Positions 1 through 10,129 of a DNA stretch of 64,000 nucleotides are shown piece by piece (within the stretch, counting starts at the first letter, position 1; every line of letters starts with the position of its first letter). Source of the stretch: Candidatus Yonathbacteria bacterium RIFCSPLOWO2_01_FULL_43_27 (lineage in GTDB: Bacteria; Patescibacteriota; Minisyncoccia; Phycocordibacterales; UBA1550); assembly GCA_001823545.1 (NCBI GenBank), contig MHUV01000003.1, positions 86,398 to 150,397 on the forward strand, written 5' to 3'. The notes beneath the pieces were generated by a model. It ran no database searches. It worked only from the letters and a program-made list of their open reading frames with translations, and was not told the origin of the DNA. A program made the position numbers and the translations under genes.

Positions 1-818
1 TCCATTGTTGTTGAAAGCTCGTGCTTTGCCTTTTCTGCTGCTTCTTTCAAACGCTGAAGTGCGAGTACATCTTTCGTAATATCGATGCCTGATTCTTTTT
101 TAAATTCATCAGCAATCCAACGAATGATTTTTTGGTCGATGTCTTCACCTCCCATATGCACATCACCGTCGGTTGATTTTACTTCAATAACATCATCTCC
201 TACTTCGAGGACAGAGACGTCGAACGTACCACCACCAAAGTCATATACGACAATCTTTTCATCTTTCTTTTTATTAAAACCGTATGCGAGCGCTGCAGCG
301 GTTGGTTCGTTAATGATGCGCTTTACATCAAAACCTGCAATCTGCCCTGCATCTTTGGTCGCCTGACGCTGTGAGTCGTTGAAATACGCAGGCACAGTAA
401 TTACCGCTTCGGTAATTTTCTCCCCAAGTTTTGCCTCAGCATCCTGCTTGAGCTTCTGAAGAACCATTGCCGAGATTTCTTCAGGACGGTATGCGCGATC
501 CCCCATACGAACTTTCACGCCATTATTATCGCCTTTTTCAATAGCAAACGAGACATTTTTCAAATCACGTTGAACACCCTCGTCATTAAAATCATGCCCA
601 ATCAAACGCTTAATACCGAACAGTGTATTTGCAGGGTTAGTTACGGCTTGGCGCTTTGCCAAAAGTCCCACGAGGCGTTCACCACCTTTTGAGGTTGCGA
701 CGACTGAGGGTGTTGTGCGCACACCTTCAATATTTTCAATGATGCGTGGTTCACCACCTTCGATGATAGCCACTGCAGAATTTGTTGTACCAAGATCAAT
801 ACCTAGAATTTTTGCCAT
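1..818 (-). CDS. dnaK: Chaperone DnaK (Hsp70), 5' part; runs off the window start
   Basis: Read manually: ATG at 818 gives [17 protein letters not shown]...TTPSVVA...[25 protein letters not shown]...[12 protein letters not shown]...[11 protein letters not shown]. Not in the ORF track because it is truncated. Confidence 0.98.
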   Translation of the reverse strand, partial: MAKILGIDLGTTNSAVAIIEGGEPRIIENIEGVRTTPSVVATSKGGERLVGLLAKRQAVTNPANTLFGIKRLIGHDFNDEGVQRDLKNVSFAIEKGDNNGVKVRMGDRAYRPEEISAMVLQKLKQDAEAKLGEKITEAVITVPAYFNDSQRQATKDAGQIAGFDVKRIINEPTAAALAYGFNKKKDEKIVVYDFGGGTFDVSVLEVGDDVIEVKSTDGDVHMGGEDIDQKIIRWIADEFKKESGIDITKDVLALQRLKEAAEKAKHELSTTM

Positions 819-897
819 AATATTTGATGATGTTAAATGTTGTTAATAAAAAATGTTTCAGATAAATCAATGATGTCGAATATGTCTCCCCTTTCTT

Positions 898-1545
898 TTA
901 TACTTCATGAGAACTACTACTCCACGCTCTTACCCGTGCCGGACGAATGACCTTACTATGAAGACGATATCCTTTTTGAATAACCTCACTCACCGTGTCT
1001 TCTTTGTGTGCGTCATCCGTAGGAATAGTTTCTATCGCGACGTGAATTCGAGGATCTATAGGTTCTCCCACTACGCCAATTTCTACGAGACCGCGTGACT
1101 CAAGAACTGAAAGAAATTGCGTATAAATGTATTCTACTCCCTTGCGCCAGTTCGCGTCTACTTTTTCCCACGACTCCTTATTACTAAAGGCCATTGAAAA
1201 ACTATCGAGAATGGGGAGGAGGTCTTCTACGAGCCCTTCGGAAGCAAATTTAATGATCTCACCGCGACGCACATCTTCTTCTTTTCGTGCATTTGCGAAG
1301 TCCGCACGCATTCTTTGCCACCCATCAAGATACTCTTTCTTTTCCTCTTCACATTTACGCAATCGCTCACGCAATTTTTTAAGCACCGCTACAGGATTTT
1401 CTTCATTCTCGATATTTTCAAACTGCACTTCGTCAGTACTATACCCATCATCTTTCATAGTGTCAAGCCCCTCTCCGTTACGACGAGGGGTGCTCTCATC
1501 TACCATCATATCTTCTTCTTTATTAATATCGTTTATATCTGCCAT
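898..1545 (-). CDS. grpE: Nucleotide exchange factor GrpE
   Basis: RMRADFANARK, LLPILDSF, GEPIDPRIHVA, QKGYRLHSKVIRPARV; adjacent to dnaK. Confidence 0.97.
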   Translation of the reverse strand: MADINDINKEEDMMVDESTPRRNGEGLDTMKDDGYSTDEVQFENIENEENPVAVLKKLRERLRKCEEEKKEYLDGWQRMRADFANARKEEDVRRGEIIKFASEGLVEDLLPILDSFSMAFSNKESWEKVDANWRKGVEYIYTQFLSVLESRGLVEIGVVGEPIDPRIHVAIETIPTDDAHKEDTVSEVIQKGYRLHSKVIRPARVRAWSSSSHEV

Positions 1546-1586
1546 ATAGCTATTTGAAAATTATATTTTATCACACCTGAAACGTA

Positions 1587-1629
1587 TTTACAAAAACCCT
1601 TCGCAAATATGTGAAAGGGTTTTTGTAAA
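1587..1629. terminator. Intrinsic terminator hairpin after rpsI
   Basis: TTTACAAAAACCCTT...AAGGGTTTTTGTAAA inverted repeat. Confidence 0.75.
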
Positions 1630-1661
1630 ATATTGTTCTGAGAATTGAGGGACAAAAAGGA

Positions 1662-2141
1662 TTAACGTTTTGACCACTGAGGAGCCTTACGTGCTTTCTT
1701 GAGGCCGAACTTACGGCGCTCTTTAGTACGAGGGTCACGTTTGAGGAATCCTAGTTTCTTCAAACGTGTACGGAGTTCAGCATCATATTCCACGAGTGCG
1801 CGTGACACACCCTGACGAATTGCTTCTGCTTGTGAGTGAATACCACCTCCTTTTACTACCACGGTGATCGAAAACTTTTCTGCAACCTTTGATTTCACTA
1901 CGGCATTCTTTACAATAGTCTGCAACTCTTCTGTAGGGAAATATGTAGCAAAGTCTTTACCATTTATTACAATGCCTTCTTTTGCGCCAGGGGTGATACG
2001 CACACGTGCGGTACCCGTCTTGCGACGTCCTACGGTTTCAATATACTTTCCTGCAGCAACTTTCTTGGTCGCAGTCTTTACAGGCAGAGCCTTCTCTACA
2101 GCTTCCTTGTGGTCTTCTTTTGTAATATCTTTAGTTGTCAT
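1662..2141 (-). CDS. rpsI: 30S ribosomal protein S9, with N-terminal extension
   Basis: GRRKTGTARV, GGGIHSQAEAIR, RDPRTKERRKFGLKKARKAPQWSKR. Confidence 0.98.
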   Translation of the reverse strand: MTTKDITKEDHKEAVEKALPVKTATKKVAAGKYIETVGRRKTGTARVRITPGAKEGIVINGKDFATYFPTEELQTIVKNAVVKSKVAEKFSITVVVKGGGIHSQAEAIRQGVSRALVEYDAELRTRLKKLGFLKRDPRTKERRKFGLKKARKAPQWSKR

Positions 2142-2144
2142 ATA

Positions 2145-2495
2145 TTAGTCTTTTATCGTTAAGCGCTTCATCCTCTCCTTGTGCAAGCGGTTGCGAGGAA
2201 TCATACGACTAATAGCGTGTATAAATACTTCGCTAAAACCCTTCTTCTCGATAACGTGCGCAAGGGTACGTTCTTTGAGACCACCTGGGTATCCAGAGTA
2301 TGCCTTAACGCGTACTTCCTTCATTTTGTTTGGTGCTATTGCGGACTTTGAAGCATTCTCCACAACAACCTGCACATCCGCAACCTTGTTCCTCTGGAAA
2401 AGAGGAGAAGTTTTTCCCATAAGCACGCTCGCAGCTTCCGTTGCGACACGGCCTATCGATTTTCCCTTAGCATCAATTGTGTGTGGTTGAGTCAT
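2145..2495 (-). CDS. rplM: 50S ribosomal protein L13 (compact, 116 aa)
   Basis: IDAKGKSIGRVATEAA..LMGK, YSGYPGGLKE, RMIPRNRL; immediately upstream of rpsI. Confidence 0.95.
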   Translation of the reverse strand: MTQPHTIDAKGKSIGRVATEAASVLMGKTSPLFQRNKVADVQVVVENASKSAIAPNKMKEVRVKAYSGYPGGLKERTLAHVIEKKGFSEVFIHAISRMIPRNRLHKERMKRLTIKD

Positions 2496-2521
2496 AATAG
2501 TTTATAAAAAATTAAATAGCA

Positions 2522-2881
2522 TTACACAAATTCAATTACCGCCATCTTACTTGCATCGCCCTTACGACGAGGAAGTTTGACCACTCTGGTGTATCCACCA
2601 GGACGTGTCTTATAGCGAGGCGCAATATCTTCGATGATTTTGCGTGCTCCCTCTTCTCCTACCGTACCGCCTAAACGAGAAATAATCAAGCGACGTGAAG
2701 GAAGGTCGCCAATGCGTCCTTTGGTAACCAAGCTCTCTACAAACGAGCGGAGCTCCTTGGCACGTGCTTCAGTCGTCGTGATGTGTTCTTCGATAACGAG
2801 CGCAAGTGCAAGCGAACGCATAAGTGCTAAGCGTCCTGCCTGATCTCTTCCGAATTTTCTAATTGACTTGTGATGTTTCAT
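2522..2881 (-). CDS. rplQ: 50S ribosomal protein L17
   Basis: ITTTEARAKELR, RPGGYTRVVKL..RKGDASKMAVIEFV. Confidence 0.97.
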   Translation of the reverse strand: MKHHKSIRKFGRDQAGRLALMRSLALALVIEEHITTTEARAKELRSFVESLVTKGRIGDLPSRRLIISRLGGTVGEEGARKIIEDIAPRYKTRPGGYTRVVKLPRRKGDASKMAVIEFV

Positions 2882-2908
2882 AAAATTGACTGACTAAGTG
2901 ACTAACGC

Positions 2909-3877
2909 TTATCCTTTAAGCGAGATTCCGTGTCCTGCAAGAACGCGCTTGATCTCCTGAATTCCCTTGTCGCCCAAACCGTCGATCTCTAAAAGATCTT
3001 CCTCGGTTTTGCGTGCAAGACCACCAACGGTACGAATATTTGCATTACCAAGAGCATTTGAAGTACGTGCAGAGAGATCGAGGTGTTCGATACGAGTCTT
3101 AAGAAACTCGTTATCAACCGCATCTTTTTTAGGTGCTTGCTCCTCTTCATCATGTTCCTCTACGGAAGGCTTCTCAGCCTCAGCTTCAGTGAAGCCAATA
3201 ACTGCCTTGAGCTGACTGATCATAATTTCGATTGAAGATTCGAGTGCACGACGAGGGGTGATGGTACCATCAGTTTCAATAGAAAGTTTGAGACGATTAT
3301 AGTCTGTACGATCACCAACGCGCATATTTTCTACTTCGTAGTTTACACGACGAATAGGGGTAAAGATTGCATCGAGTGCAATCGTGCCGATATCAACTTT
3401 TTCCTTCTGATGTACTTCCTTAGGAACATATCCAAAGCCTTTTTCAATGGTCATCTCAACTACAAACGAAGCATTCTTGTCAGTGAGTGTTGCAATATGG
3501 AGATCTGGGTTCAATACTTCAACCTGACCGCCAACCTTAATATCGCCAGCAGTAACATTTTTAGCACCTTTAATTGAAATTGTTGCCGTCTGTGTTTCCA
3601 TCGTTGAAAGCTTGAAGCGAGCCTTCTTGAGGTTGAGGAGAATCATAATAACATCTTCCTTAACGCCTTCGATAGTAGAGAACTCGTGTGCAACGCCGTC
3701 AATCTTTACGGTCGTAATTGATGCACCCATAAGTGATGACAAAATGATGCGACGAAGTGAGTTTCCCAACGTATGACCATATCCAGGGTAAAGACCCTCG
3801 ATATCATACGTACCTTTTACATTATCTTCAGAGATAACCTTTGGTTTTGATGGCAAAATGATGTTGTAGTCAAGCAT
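2909..3877 (-). CDS. rpoA: RNA polymerase alpha subunit
   Basis: GYGHTLGNSLRRILLS-type motif, HEFSTIEGVKEDV, DAIFTPIRRVNYEVE, alpha-CTD LDLSARTSNAL. Confidence 0.99.
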   Translation of the reverse strand: MLDYNIILPSKPKVISEDNVKGTYDIEGLYPGYGHTLGNSLRRIILSSLMGASITTVKIDGVAHEFSTIEGVKEDVIMILLNLKKARFKLSTMETQTATISIKGAKNVTAGDIKVGGQVEVLNPDLHIATLTDKNASFVVEMTIEKGFGYVPKEVHQKEKVDIGTIALDAIFTPIRRVNYEVENMRVGDRTDYNRLKLSIETDGTITPRRALESSIEIMISQLKAVIGFTEAEAEKPSVEEHDEEEQAPKKDAVDNEFLKTRIEHLDLSARTSNALGNANIRTVGGLARKTEEDLLEIDGLGDKGIQEIKRVLAGHGISLKG

Positions 3878-3942
3878 ATGAATATTAAAATTATTAGTGA
3901 GCTTTGGAAATAAGAGCGTCCTCGTTATTCCGTTCTCAAATA

Positions 3943-4575
3943 TTAGCGACTATAAAACTCAATAACGGATGTAAGGTTGAACGTTGCTTCACCGGGAACA
4001 CTCTTTGGTTTTCCTTGAAGTGTCACCGTGTGTTTATCAGCGTCAATTTTAATCCAAGATGGAACCTTAATCGTTTTCAACTTTTCCCCTAAACCTTCAA
4101 AAAGTTTTGACCCCTTACTTCCTGCACGCACCGCAATAACATCTCCCATCTTCATACGGCGAGAAGCAATAGTGCTTCGGCGACCATTAACCGTAATGTG
4201 CCCGTGCGCAACCATCTGACGAGCAAGGGAACGTGCATTTGCATACCCTGCGCGGAACACAACGTTATCTAAACGAGATTCAAGAGCTTCGTACAAAAAA
4301 TCTGCAGGAGCAACACCTTTTTTGGTGGTTGACTCCTTTACGTAGTTGCTGAATTGCTTCTCGCTAACGCGGTACGTATTGCGTACCTTCTGCTTGTTGC
4401 GCATCTGTGTACCAAACTCTGTGGTACTCGAACGATGCTTATGTTCTGACAAAAGCATTCCCGGGGGATATGGCTTGCGCTCCATTGCACATTTAGGCGT
4501 AAAACATCGTTCCCCTTTAAGGAACAATTTTTCTCCGGCACGGCGACATTTTTTACATTTTTGGTCGATAATCAT
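3943..4575 (-). CDS. rpsD: 30S ribosomal protein S4 (Zn-binding Cys form)
   Basis: CKKCRRAGEKLFLKGERC...C, LESRLDNVVFR, ARQMVAHGHITVNG, VIEFYSR. Confidence 0.98.
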   Translation of the reverse strand: MIIDQKCKKCRRAGEKLFLKGERCFTPKCAMERKPYPPGMLLSEHKHRSSTTEFGTQMRNKQKVRNTYRVSEKQFSNYVKESTTKKGVAPADFLYEALESRLDNVVFRAGYANARSLARQMVAHGHITVNGRRSTIASRRMKMGDVIAVRAGSKGSKLFEGLGEKLKTIKVPSWIKIDADKHTVTLQGKPKSVPGEATFNLTSVIEFYSR

Positions 4576-4611
4576 TGTGTTTTATTTATTCAACGAGTCA
4601 CTAAACTGCTA

Positions 4612-5046
4612 CTATATTCTGCGTGGCTTCTTTGGCTTTGGACCATTGTGAGGTACGGGGGTAACATCACGAATCATGGTAATATCAATCCCTTTTGAAT
4701 TGAAGGCACGGATAGCGCTTTCGCGACCTGCACCAACTCCTCTCACAACCGCATCAACTTCTTTGAGACCTACGGCAACTGCGCGCTCTCCGACCAACTC
4801 GCCAACCTTTGCGGCAGCAAACGGTGTTCCCTTCTTTGCACCCTTGAATCCAAGAGAGCCAGAAGATGACCACACGAGTGCATTGCCAGTCTTGTCGGTA
4901 AGCAAAATCTTGGTATTATTGTATGTTGCCTGAACATACAAGGTACCAGCGAGATGCTTCTTCTTTGCTGTGCGTGAAAGCGCGCGAGATACTAATCCCG
5001 CATCAACTCCCTGCCCTGTTTTTTTAACGATTTTTACTTTTCCCAT
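4612..5046 (-). CDS. rpsK: 30S ribosomal protein S11
   Basis: ATYNNT, GFKGAKKGTPFAA, GAGRESAIRA, DVTPVPHNG. Confidence 0.98.
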   Translation of the reverse strand: MGKVKIVKKTGQGVDAGLVSRALSRTAKKKHLAGTLYVQATYNNTKILLTDKTGNALVWSSSGSLGFKGAKKGTPFAAAKVGELVGERAVAVGLKEVDAVVRGVGAGRESAIRAFNSKGIDITMIRDVTPVPHNGPKPKKPRRI

Positions 5047-5077
5047 AGTTGGTGTTTACGTGAGTATTGTTGACTTA

Positions 5078-5458
5078 TTATTTCTTATCTGCCTTGCGAC
5101 GCCCTGAACCCATTGTCTTGCGTACGTTACCACGTACCGTGCGTGAGTTCGTCTTGGTGCGCTGTCCGCGAACAGGAAGTTTTTTTGCATGACGTGTTCC
5201 GCGATACGCATGAATGTCTTTGAGACGCTTGACGTTCATTGAGATTTCGCGTTTGAGATCTCCTTCGAGTGTGAATGCTTCGATCTCTTTACGAATCTTT
5301 GCCTCGTCGTCGGCGGTTAACTCTTTTGCGCGTGTACCATAATCAATCTTTACTGCGTCCAAAATCTTTTTTGCGCGCGCGCGACCGATACCATAGACGG
5401 CAGTGAGGCTTATTTCCAGACGTTTCTCATCTGGTATGGTGATTCCCAAAATACGCAT
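5078..5458 (-). CDS. rpsM: 30S ribosomal protein S13
   Basis: LTAVYGIGR, EGDLKRE, YRGTRH..LPVRGQRTKTNSRT. Confidence 0.98.
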   Translation of the reverse strand: MRILGITIPDEKRLEISLTAVYGIGRARAKKILDAVKIDYGTRAKELTADDEAKIRKEIEAFTLEGDLKREISMNVKRLKDIHAYRGTRHAKKLPVRGQRTKTNSRTVRGNVRKTMGSGRRKADKK

Positions 5459-5491
5459 AGTGTAATGTATTCTTAAATTATGATAATCCCT

Positions 5492-5605
5492 CTATCCCTG
5501 ACGCTGTTTGTGGCGTGGGTTCGTGCAGATAACGCGAAGAGCCCCGCCTCGTTTGACCGTCTTGCATTTCGTACAGATTTTCTTGATTGATGCTCGTACT
5601 TTCAT
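5492..5605 (-). CDS. rpmJ: 50S ribosomal protein L36 (37 aa, Zn-ribbon form)
   Basis: Manual translation [37 protein letters not shown]; too short for the ORF track. Confidence 0.97.
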   Translation of the reverse strand: MKVRASIKKICTKCKTVKRGGALRVICTNPRHKQRQG

Positions 5606-5731
5606 ACTTTTATATTAAAAACAAAAACGATTTCCCCACTCTACCTCATTTTAAAAATAAATGCAAGCCCCACAAAAGGTTTGCCACGTTCTTTTGTTCG
5701 TAGCCTTTAAAAAAGCCGTATAATACCCTCT

Positions 5732-5941
5732 TTAAACCCTTTTTACGATACGTCCTTTACCACCATATGGGTCCAATTTTACGATGACTTTATCCCCTAC
5801 GAGAACCTTGATGCGATGAAGGCGCATCTTACCTGCGAGATATGAAACAAGGATTTCTCCTCCAGGAAGCTCCACGCGGAACATTGTGTTCGGAAGCGCC
5901 TCAGTAACTTCTCCTTGTACTAATTCTTCTTTTTCTGCCAT
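5732..5941 (-). CDS. infA: Translation initiation factor IF-1
   Basis: [34 protein letters not shown]. Confidence 0.97.
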   Translation of the reverse strand: MAEKEELVQGEVTEALPNTMFRVELPGGEILVSYLAGKMRLHRIKVLVGDKVIVKLDPYGGKGRIVKRV

Positions 5942-6006
5942 AGTGAACCCTTATGATACCAGATGTTATGAGGTAACGTCAAATGGACAAACAGTAAGCT
6001 CATCTT

Positions 6007-7359
6007 TTATCCCTCAACAATTTTTATTTCAATCTGCGTAGGGTCGGTAGGAAATACTGTTTCCCAAAAAGGACGAATGACGGCATCTGCTTTTTGTATA
6101 TTTTTTTGACTTTCAATAAAAGTATTGAAGTCTTTCTTTCCTTTCCCCACTATCTCTGCGGTAATTTTTTTGGTATCAATTTCCCCAACAAATGAAGGCT
6201 CCCCCCTAAGGGTAAACGTTATGCGAGAAATATCAGAAAGGACTACGTTATCAACAGCCTCATTGAAGGTGAATGAAATTTCTGGAATATTGCGCACCGT
6301 AAGCGGTCCTCCTGCGTAGTCGGGAAATACAACGTCCATAATTTTTTCTGTTAAAAGTTGGGTATCAAAAAAGAATACCGATACAGTAGCTTTCATTGCC
6401 ACTTTGTTTGCCGCTTCGACAGAAAGATCGGGAGACATCTCCTCAAAGGTGAGTACGATACTTCCTGGGAAAAAACTTACCTCTTCCGGAATCTCTGCTT
6501 CTGCTTTCTTGAGCGCAATTTCCTTTAATGCGTCTTTGATTTCTGCGCGCACCTTCGCCACATCTTCTAGGGCAGGTACTTTTATTGTCCCCGAAAACCC
6601 ACCTTGAATAGGGAAATTTTCCATTGAGCGCGCCGTAAACTTTGCATAGCGTTCGAGATCTTTTGATTCTTTAAATCCAGGGATAGTAAAATCAGCGAGT
6701 CCAATATTGTATTCTTTCCCAGGAAGATCCGCATCAACGACCGCAAGAACAGAGCCCGGATTTGCAACCTTCCCGTTAACCATCTTTGCACCAGGAACGA
6801 CAACAGAATCTCGAATACGAAAAATCTTATGATCTGGAGTTTCGAGACGGGTGTTTTTGATAAGACGCTGACTATTACCATTATATGCATTATAAATCAC
6901 CACTTTCCCTGAGGCCTTGTATTGGACCTTCTTCTCCTCTACCGCAGGAACTTCTTTCTCCATTGTTTCCTCGAGGCTCATATACTGGAACGCAAGCGCG
7001 TTGCCGGTAGGTGATTTTTCAGCGGTAAACTCATGATTAAGAGAAGCCTCCTTTACAACAGGAACAATCTTGACGGTTGCACCTGAAAAATAATCCATCG
7101 CAAACAAAATACCACCCATTGCAATCATTACAATAAAAAGAATGAACCACATTCGCCCGCGAGACGTCTTCTTTTCTGGAGAAAAAGATGGTGATGTTTT
7201 TACTGGTGTTTTTTCAAAAAAAGAATTTTTTGTAATGCGATCAGAAATATCAGTACGTGAAGTAGACTCAACCTGAGGTAGTGTAGATGGTCTTCGTGCG
7301 GGCATAGTATTCCCTGATACGAACATATCTTGCATTGGTTTTTTGTTGATACCGTCCAT
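6007..7359 (-). CDS. Single-pass membrane protein with a large extracytoplasmic beta-rich region (baseplate-J-like segment)
   Basis: One TM (WFILFIVMIAMGGILFAM), then KASGKVVIYN..QRLIKNTRL, VVVPG, ADLPGKEYNIG..FTIPG, GGFSG, the pattern of CPR baseplate-J-like membrane proteins. Confidence 0.6.
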   Translation of the reverse strand: MDGINKKPMQDMFVSGNTMPARRPSTLPQVESTSRTDISDRITKNSFFEKTPVKTSPSFSPEKKTSRGRMWFILFIVMIAMGGILFAMDYFSGATVKIVPVVKEASLNHEFTAEKSPTGNALAFQYMSLEETMEKEVPAVEEKKVQYKASGKVVIYNAYNGNSQRLIKNTRLETPDHKIFRIRDSVVVPGAKMVNGKVANPGSVLAVVDADLPGKEYNIGLADFTIPGFKESKDLERYAKFTARSMENFPIQGGFSGTIKVPALEDVAKVRAEIKDALKEIALKKAEAEIPEEVSFFPGSIVLTFEEMSPDLSVEAANKVAMKATVSVFFFDTQLLTEKIMDVVFPDYAGGPLTVRNIPEISFTFNEAVDNVVLSDISRITFTLRGEPSFVGEIDTKKITAEIVGKGKKDFNTFIESQKNIQKADAVIRPFWETVFPTDPTQIEIKIVEG

Positions 7360-7427
7360 ATATTATAAGTCGTTTGATTATCAGAGTCTTTATGTTAAAT
7401 AGTATACCATTTTTCCACCACCTCATG

Positions 7428-8606
7428 TTAAGGGAGGAGCATTTTTTTCGCAAAGAGTGCTTCGAGCATCAGGAATGGATCTCTCATTGCCCCGCTTGCG
7501 AACGTAACGAAGTTTGATAGTGTCGCATAATCCAAATAACACACTTCGCAACCATTTTTATCAAGCATTCTCGCACGAGATGATGCGACAAGTTCCCCAA
7601 AAAGTTTTTTACTATCTGCGTCGGCAGTAAAAAATACTTTGCGCACGGGCGTGAAATATACGAGCGGAATATCGAGTGCTTTTTCAAAACGTTCTCGCCA
7701 TTCATCGCGACTATGTTTAATAATATTTTCTATCATTTGTTTCTCGCCTGCACCAAGCTCATCGCGCAAGAACAACGAGAAAAGTGACACTGCCTCCTCG
7801 TGGGAGGTTTTCTTTTTATTCGAAATTTCACGAATGAAGAAGTTTTTACCTCGCGGGAACAACATCGTTTCTTTAACTGTGTCGCGCACAATAAGCGAAA
7901 CATCGGTCGCTTCTCCTGTAATATCAAGGAAGAGAAAATTTTGTTCTTTAGGGAAGATGTCACGAATTGCACTGAACGCAGCGAGGGGAAATGCTGTGAA
8001 ATGTATTTGTGAACCAACGGAAAAATGTGACAGCAAGCGTTTAATCGTTTCAATAGCGCGTCGAGACGACAAACTGACCACGCTCTCAATTTCTAGTTCA
8101 GTTGTTTTCTTTCCATAAAACTCTTTTATCTCATAGCCATTGAGACGAATTTTAATAACCTTTCTCTCAATAACCATAATATCGCCAGAAGGAAGAGTGC
8201 TGGAAAGCTCTTTTTTTAGCCTCTCAGTATCCTCATCGAGGAGATTCTCGATGAGTTTTTCTGTCACCAAAACGCCCTCTTCTTTTGCAAGCGTAATACG
8301 ACGACTCTTGAGAACGAACCACGGTGATGAAAGTGCGCAAAAAATATGCGCTGGCGCCACCGCCGCCTTGTGTTTCGCCTTAATATCCTTGAGTGCATTT
8401 TCGAGCGCACGGTTCATCGCAATTATAAAACGCGATGATGAGAGAGATTCCTGAAAAGGAATGTCGTTTCTCGTAGTGTCAATAATAACGGGAGATGCAT
8501 GGGAAGAAAGTTGCGCACGTGCAACACCGACACTCGCTGACCCAATATCAACAAGGAGTACTGATGATGTATCGAGTGTTTTTTTAGTAAAAAAAGAAAG
8601 TGCCAT
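7428..8606 (-). CDS. FtsA/PilM-like actin-fold protein
   Basis: Phosphate-1-like LLVDIGSASVG, IRLNGYEI, phosphate-2-like FLDITGEATDVS, FPRGKNFFIREI. Confidence 0.65.
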   Translation of the reverse strand: MALSFFTKKTLDTSSVLLVDIGSASVGVARAQLSSHASPVIIDTTRNDIPFQESLSSSRFIIAMNRALENALKDIKAKHKAAVAPAHIFCALSSPWFVLKSRRITLAKEEGVLVTEKLIENLLDEDTERLKKELSSTLPSGDIMVIERKVIKIRLNGYEIKEFYGKKTTELEIESVVSLSSRRAIETIKRLLSHFSVGSQIHFTAFPLAAFSAIRDIFPKEQNFLFLDITGEATDVSLIVRDTVKETMLFPRGKNFFIREISNKKKTSHEEAVSLFSLFLRDELGAGEKQMIENIIKHSRDEWRERFEKALDIPLVYFTPVRKVFFTADADSKKLFGELVASSRARMLDKNGCEVCYLDYATLSNFVTFASGAMRDPFLMLEALFAKKMLLP

Positions 8607-8697
8607 TACCTACACAGTATACACCGAAAAAAATAAAAGAAAAAATTACGGCGATTATTAAACAGCAATACCAATCACACACACCGCAAACGTTTTA

Positions 8698-9603
8698 TTA
8701 CCTAAAAATAATTAGACCGCTATCAAATTTTAACTCGAGAACAAGCTCTCCGCGCGACGTAAAGAGGAAAGACTGTACTTTGCCCAGCATTGTAGAAAAT
8801 ACTTGCTCTTGTGAACCCTCGCAGTACATTAGCGTAGTAGCCATATCCTTGAATTCGATATTCTTTCCTGAAACCTCATATGTACCACTCATTGAATTAC
8901 AGTCTGTTTTTACCGAAACGGTGCCATCTTTTCTGAAGGTAAGAGAAAAAGCCTCAGGTTTTTGTGGGGTAACAATCGTGCCGTCGTTATATACCGTTCG
9001 TATCCATTTCCACGTAGTCATATCCAAAGTCATCCGGCTTGGATCTGCCTCACCCTCGAAATCTACCGCAACTTTGATCAAGCGAAAATTACTTGGATCG
9101 TACTGTAAATAAAGACTCTTCCCTTCGCTCGGACGAGTAGTAAGCGGTGCACCGAATGGACGATCAGCATAATTCACAACAGCTTTGTTGCCTTGAAAAT
9201 AATACGTCTGTGGCGCAATGCGGTCACCGAGAAGAATCGTGTCGGTACCACGATAGCTTCCGCTCACATTAATAGCAAGTGTGGCGTAGTAGAACGTACC
9301 ACTTCCACCAGTGTCGCTTACCAACAAGAGGACTGCGTCCTGATCGCCATCGCTATCAATATCGCCATATACGGGTTCGCCAAAATTAGATACTTTCAGC
9401 TTGGTCGCAGAACCAGGGACCAGCTCAACTTCTGCCTTACCACCTACGAGGGTTACTGGTTTTTCGTCAATAAGGTATGTTGCATTAAGTGGACTTCCTA
9501 CGGCGTGTTCACCGTTTTTCACCAAAGGAACAGGAAAAAGAAGTGCGAGCAAAAATACTATTCCAACAATAAAAACTGCTACAATAAATATTTTTTTATT
9601 CAT
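8698..9603 (-). CDS. Exported META-domain (HslJ-like) protein with an extra N-terminal domain
   Basis: N-terminal TM; C-terminal WKW...FSLTF..DG.VSVKTDCNSMSGTY...MATTLMYC META signature. Confidence 0.8.
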   Translation of the reverse strand: MNKKIFIVAVFIVGIVFLLALLFPVPLVKNGEHAVGSPLNATYLIDEKPVTLVGGKAEVELVPGSATKLKVSNFGEPVYGDIDSDGDQDAVLLLVSDTGGSGTFYYATLAINVSGSYRGTDTILLGDRIAPQTYYFQGNKAVVNYADRPFGAPLTTRPSEGKSLYLQYDPSNFRLIKVAVDFEGEADPSRMTLDMTTWKWIRTVYNDGTIVTPQKPEAFSLTFRKDGTVSVKTDCNSMSGTYEVSGKNIEFKDMATTLMYCEGSQEQVFSTMLGKVQSFLFTSRGELVLELKFDSGLIIFR

Positions 9604-9632
9604 ATACACAGTATATCACTAATCTAAAAAGG

Positions 9633-9656
9633 AAAACCGCACGGATATGCGGTTTT
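9633..9656. terminator. Intrinsic terminator hairpin
   Basis: AAAACCGCA-cggata-TGCGGTTTT. Confidence 0.6.
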
Positions 9657-9665
9657 TCTTTTTAC

Positions 9666-10088
9666 TTACACCTGTGAAGGAAGGAGCTCTTTGCGCGTAA
9701 AGTAATACATTACCAATCCTCCCGCAACCACGTGCATCAGCATTAAATTCGCGATGACCACGTATGTCCATCCCACCATATCTGCTTCTGGAATCCATGG
9801 TATTAAAATATCGGGGACCATTGAAAGGACGAGCACGGCCCAAGAAATAATCAAGAAATGCTTATTTGCTTTCACCGCATCTGCGTATTTCAAACGCATA
9901 ACATAGTAGACCACCGCTGCTGCAAAGACACCAGCAACGGTAAGCCCAATTACCGGACCGTACATATATGGTCCAAACGTATCAGGTGTACTAGACGCGA
10001 TGCGACCAAGAATGGCGAGGATAACATTACCAATAATTGATAAAACAGTGACCTTTGCCACAATATTAATAAATTTTTGTTTGTTCAT
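9666..10088 (-). CDS. 4-TM membrane protein (DUF6069-like)
   Basis: Four hydrophobic segments; VLVLSMVPD and LMLMHVVAG motifs. Confidence 0.65.
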   Translation of the reverse strand: MNKQKFINIVAKVTVLSIIGNVILAILGRIASSTPDTFGPYMYGPVIGLTVAGVFAAAVVYYVMRLKYADAVKANKHFLIISWAVLVLSMVPDILIPWIPEADMVGWTYVVIANLMLMHVVAGGLVMYYFTRKELLPSQV

Positions 10089-10129
10089 ACGGTAAAGTAT
10101 ATCACCTAATATATTCAGAAAACAACACC

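Noticed and set aside
819-1660. CIRCE element or hrcA near grpE-dnaK
   Set aside because: No TTAGCACTC-N9-GAGTGCTAA was found, and there is no hrcA ORF.
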